Source: Podarcis liolepis
Taxonomy: Eukaryota
Direction: 5' to 3' (one strand)
Length of the DNA stretch: 64,000 nucleotides
NCBI GenBank assembly: GCA_965112155.1
Contig: OZ218101.1
Position 1 is the stretch's first letter. Each line of letters begins with the position of its first letter. Below the pieces are notes generated by a model. It ran no database searches, was not told the origin of the DNA, and saw nothing but the letters and a program-made list of their open reading frames with translations. Below are positions 60,462 through 64,000 of this stretch, piece after piece. A program made the position numbers and the translations under genes.

Positions 60462-63400
60462 CGATAAGGCATAAACAGAAGGTTGAAGGTTGCAATTGGT
60501 AGTTAGAATTAGTGAAAATAGAGTTCATCTCCTTGCATCAGTTGAACCGTTTTATTATCACAAAGCCACTATCGGAAACAACCAATAGTATTTTTCCACA
60601 AATTATTGTTGAGTATTTATTTACTGTTTTATATGTTCAAGGGCATTACCCCCCAAAAGTAAGCAGATATTGCAAACTTTGTGATAAATGAAAATTTATA
60701 AATGTGTACATGGGAGTAACCGTTGTTAGCTAACCATCTTTAGACTAAGGTAGGCAAAACCAGCTGGGTCTTTAGACTCAAGGAAAATTCCAGTATGGCA
60801 TCAGCAACCAGGATATAACAATAATTCTATTTGTAATGTTTCTAGGTATCTCACAGTGTTGTAAAGTATTAGAGCAGGTAGCATTTCTACAACAGAAAAA
60901 AGTAAGGACATAAAATAAAAACATAGCCACTTTTAAAATAACTCCCTGTTGGCTTAACTCCCAGCCACCAAATGCCCGTCCAAATGAAAAAGGGCTGGCA
61001 TTGCTTTTGGAAAATGCTTGAGCTTTGGCAAAACTCCAAAAGAGAGGAGAAGCAGTTGCTGTGATTGCCTCTCCAGGTGTCCTTGACCTTCATAGGTTTT
61101 GTACAGCTGATATTGCAATAAAGGCCATCTTAGTAGGTCTGAATGATCAAGTAAAAAAGAAAGAAAGAAAGCGAAAGAATTAAGTGCAGTTTCTACTTAG
61201 CTAATGGTTGCAAATTTTCGCATTTAAGTCCTGTTTTAAAGCTTTTGAGGCTTCCTGAACTCTTGGGATATAAATATAAAGTGCTGTACAACCAAATATC
61301 TACTGGGAGTAGATACAGTGATCTCAACTGGTCTACTATGAGTAAGACTTAGTTGGATGTCACCCATAATAAGTCACACATTTCCTCTATTTCAAGTCTA
61401 TTGGTCACTGTCATGCTTAACAGGTGGTGCTAACAGCTGCTGTTCACCAACGCCACCTTGGTCATACATAATGTGCATAGTAAATACTTGCAATACCTTC
61501 TTCCAAATGCAGAAGGAAACCACCGTGTCTTTTGATGAGGGCCGGGGAGAAAATAGTTGCACCAAAAACATTGTGAAACTGATCCAGTGTCATAACCCCA
61601 CCACCACAAAAAAAAGTATTTTGTTAAGTTATACTGCTAATTAGTTAACACATTTTCTTAGGGATAAGTTCCCTTTAACTCAATTGTTAAACCTCTGACT
61701 CCCCTACAAATTATAGCAAACCCCCTCCCCCCAAAAAAAACAAATTATAGCATGGGGCACCTTTTAAGCCTTTGGGTTTGCATTTTTGCAATACATTCCT
61801 TTTTTAAAAAAAGAGTAAGAAAATAAAGTGTAAAAAAGGGTTTCCCATAGTATTTCAGGTTTAAAAACAGGGTTGCATGGAATGGTGCATTGTGTATTTT
61901 ATACTTTTTTTAAAGTCTTCAATCACTGCCCTTTGTTTGGAAGGTATTTAACTCTGCACTTCTCAAGTGAACAGTTGAAAGGACAGTCTGTAAAAGAATT
62001 TTCCTTTAGATATTCAGTGGCTGTCCATTATATGTTACTTCTTCTGCTTGGGATTCTTTTCTCTAAGCATGTCTGCCTACTTCTCCGTGTTCTGGTAGTA
62101 ACACAAATGACTAAGGATTTAGCTGAAAGTACTAGGGGAAACTGTTTCCCACTGTAATTCTGGTTCTATTCTGGAGAACAAGCTCCTGTCTTGTCTGGTA
62201 GAGCAGTCAGAATAACACATTTTTAACTAAAGCACGAAAGAGCCAAGTGTGAATAATGGGGTTACTATGTAGTCATGACAGCAGAATGCTGACATGATAC
62301 TCAAGAGAGCAATGGACATGGGGCCAGAGTTTCACTAGAAATCATGTCACTTACTGGTTAATTACTGAAGGATTCCCATGAAGGAAGGGAGAAAGAAAAG
62401 GAAGGATTAAGAGACAGTTGATCAGCAAACTTCAGTTTCCAAGGAAGAGAAAGGAAGTTTGCAGCAAGGCAGAGAAAGATTTAGACTGCGTAAATGATTT
62501 AAAGAGAAGGAAACAATTGTTAGCCATTTATTCTGTCTGAATCTCAGGAAGGAGGCTGTTTCAGGGAGGCGAGGATGAACATAGCATGTGGTTTACTGCC
62601 ATTTAACAACAAAACATCATGATGAAGAATTGAAACAACCCATTTCAAAGTGAGTGATGTGTATTATAAATGATCAGCCTCATTCTGAGCCAGCACAGTT
62701 TTGATTGGATTAAAAAACTGTGTGACAATCGCCTTCCTGTCATGCAATAAACATAATGGCTGCAAGGTCCACATTTTAAATTGGGCCAGATTAAAGCTGG
62801 TAGGAGTCCTAGGGTACAAATTAAATGGAAGTCCTTGTGACATACAACAACAACAAAACTTCATTTGCAGTAGAGAAATATACTGGAACACTGGATCTAG
62901 ATCAGAGATGGGGAAGCTGTGCCTCCCCAGATATTGCTGGGCTACAGCTCTCATCACCCCTGATGGCTGGTCATACTAGTTGGGGCTGAAGAGAGTGAAA
63001 GGGTCAAACTTGGAGGGTCACAAGCTCCCCAGTCCTGGATAAAGAGCTTTATTCTGCTTCCAGTTTCCTCCTAGCTGAACACCAGCTCAAAGCCTCTTCA
63101 CCAGCTGCGTTTAAAAAAAAATCACTGAAAAATGCTGTAATGAAAAGAAAACCATTTTATGGCGGATTCTTTCCCTCATATTCATTCTCTCTCTCTCTCT
63201 AATTTTTTTCTGTTTTACAATTTCAAATACTCACTTTACATCCTTAAAATATAAACGATTCTTTCACTCGTCTGGGCTATGGCATTGCTATGCTTAATTC
63301 TGCTAGAAGGTATTCTATGGATAGAGGAACAGCAGCTTTTCTAGGGCCCATAAAGAGCCAGAGAAAGGTTTGCTGCATGGTTGCCTTGGTATGCGCTACA

Positions 63401-64000
63401 AAGTGCTTAATCTAGCCCTTAAATTGTCTAAATTGAGGGTCATTTGGGCAATCTTTTTTGCAGGCTTCTTGATTACAAAGGAACTTTTCCCTACGCCATG
63501 TGAACTTCCTTTCTTCCTGTTCCTTTGATCTTCTTCAGGGCTGAAGAGGAGAGTGAGCACTTCCAGATGAACAGTGGGCTTTGTTTCCTTAAGGTTACAT
63601 TTAGGAAAGTTTGAAAGTTGCTTCCTGGATTGAGGGAAACTCGTTGCGGCACAGCTTTAGGAAAGTTGGGCCCAATTTTTAGATATACATCGCATACACC
63701 GCAACATACTGGCAGCATAATGGCTTTGCTCCTACACAATAGGGGAGCAAAGATATACTGCAATAACTCCCTATTAGCCATAATCATTCTTATTCTGGAA
63801 ATCCACTGATTTCATTCTACCGGGGGGGGGGGGCACCACCCCAAGACCCTGTCCAGGAAGCTGACAAGAAATATTTACTGGTATTTTTCCTGTGGATCCC
63901 GTGATAATAGTTGTAACATGTTGAGTGGGCAATTTAATGGTCACATAACGCTTATGGCAGGCCTTTGGAACTATGGGAATTCTGATCACAAAAAGGGCCT

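Noticed and set aside
63491-63787. 98-aa minus-strand ORF as the last exon of NDUFV3, the expected neighbour
   Set aside because: No resemblance to the conserved NDUFV3 C-terminus (YKNLQHHDY...PQPSSGR); no NDUFV3 exon found in 59-64 kb

Overview
Squamate genomic DNA, probably a lacertid lizard judging by a full-length Sauria SINE, CR1 relics and hAT/Tc1 MITEs. It comes from the PKNOX1-CBS syntenic block and holds three genes. (1) + strand 676-21921: a complete 15-coding-exon, 566-aa cystathionine beta-synthase paralog. It keeps the heme ligands, PLP lysine and CBS domains but has a remodelled substrate pocket, so it is most likely the sauropsid cysteine lyase (cysteine + sulfite -> cysteic acid + H2S) and not canonical CBS. 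(2) + strand ~25967-27540: a small gene with a TATA box, a short non-coding exon and one coding exon (26709-27218). It encodes a 169-aa secreted protein that aligns cysteine-for-cysteine (22 Cys) with the N-terminal Na subdomain of fibulin-2 and contains nothing else. This stand-alone 'mini-fibulin-2 Na' gene has no counterpart I know of at the mammalian locus and is the most novel item here. (3) - strand 36141-50045: complete PKNOX1/PREP1 (436 aa, 10 coding exons), with a non-coding first exon in a CpG island at ~57.6-58.9 kb. The rest is intron and intergenic DNA with repeats. All homology calls use remembered sequences aligned by eye; no searches were run.
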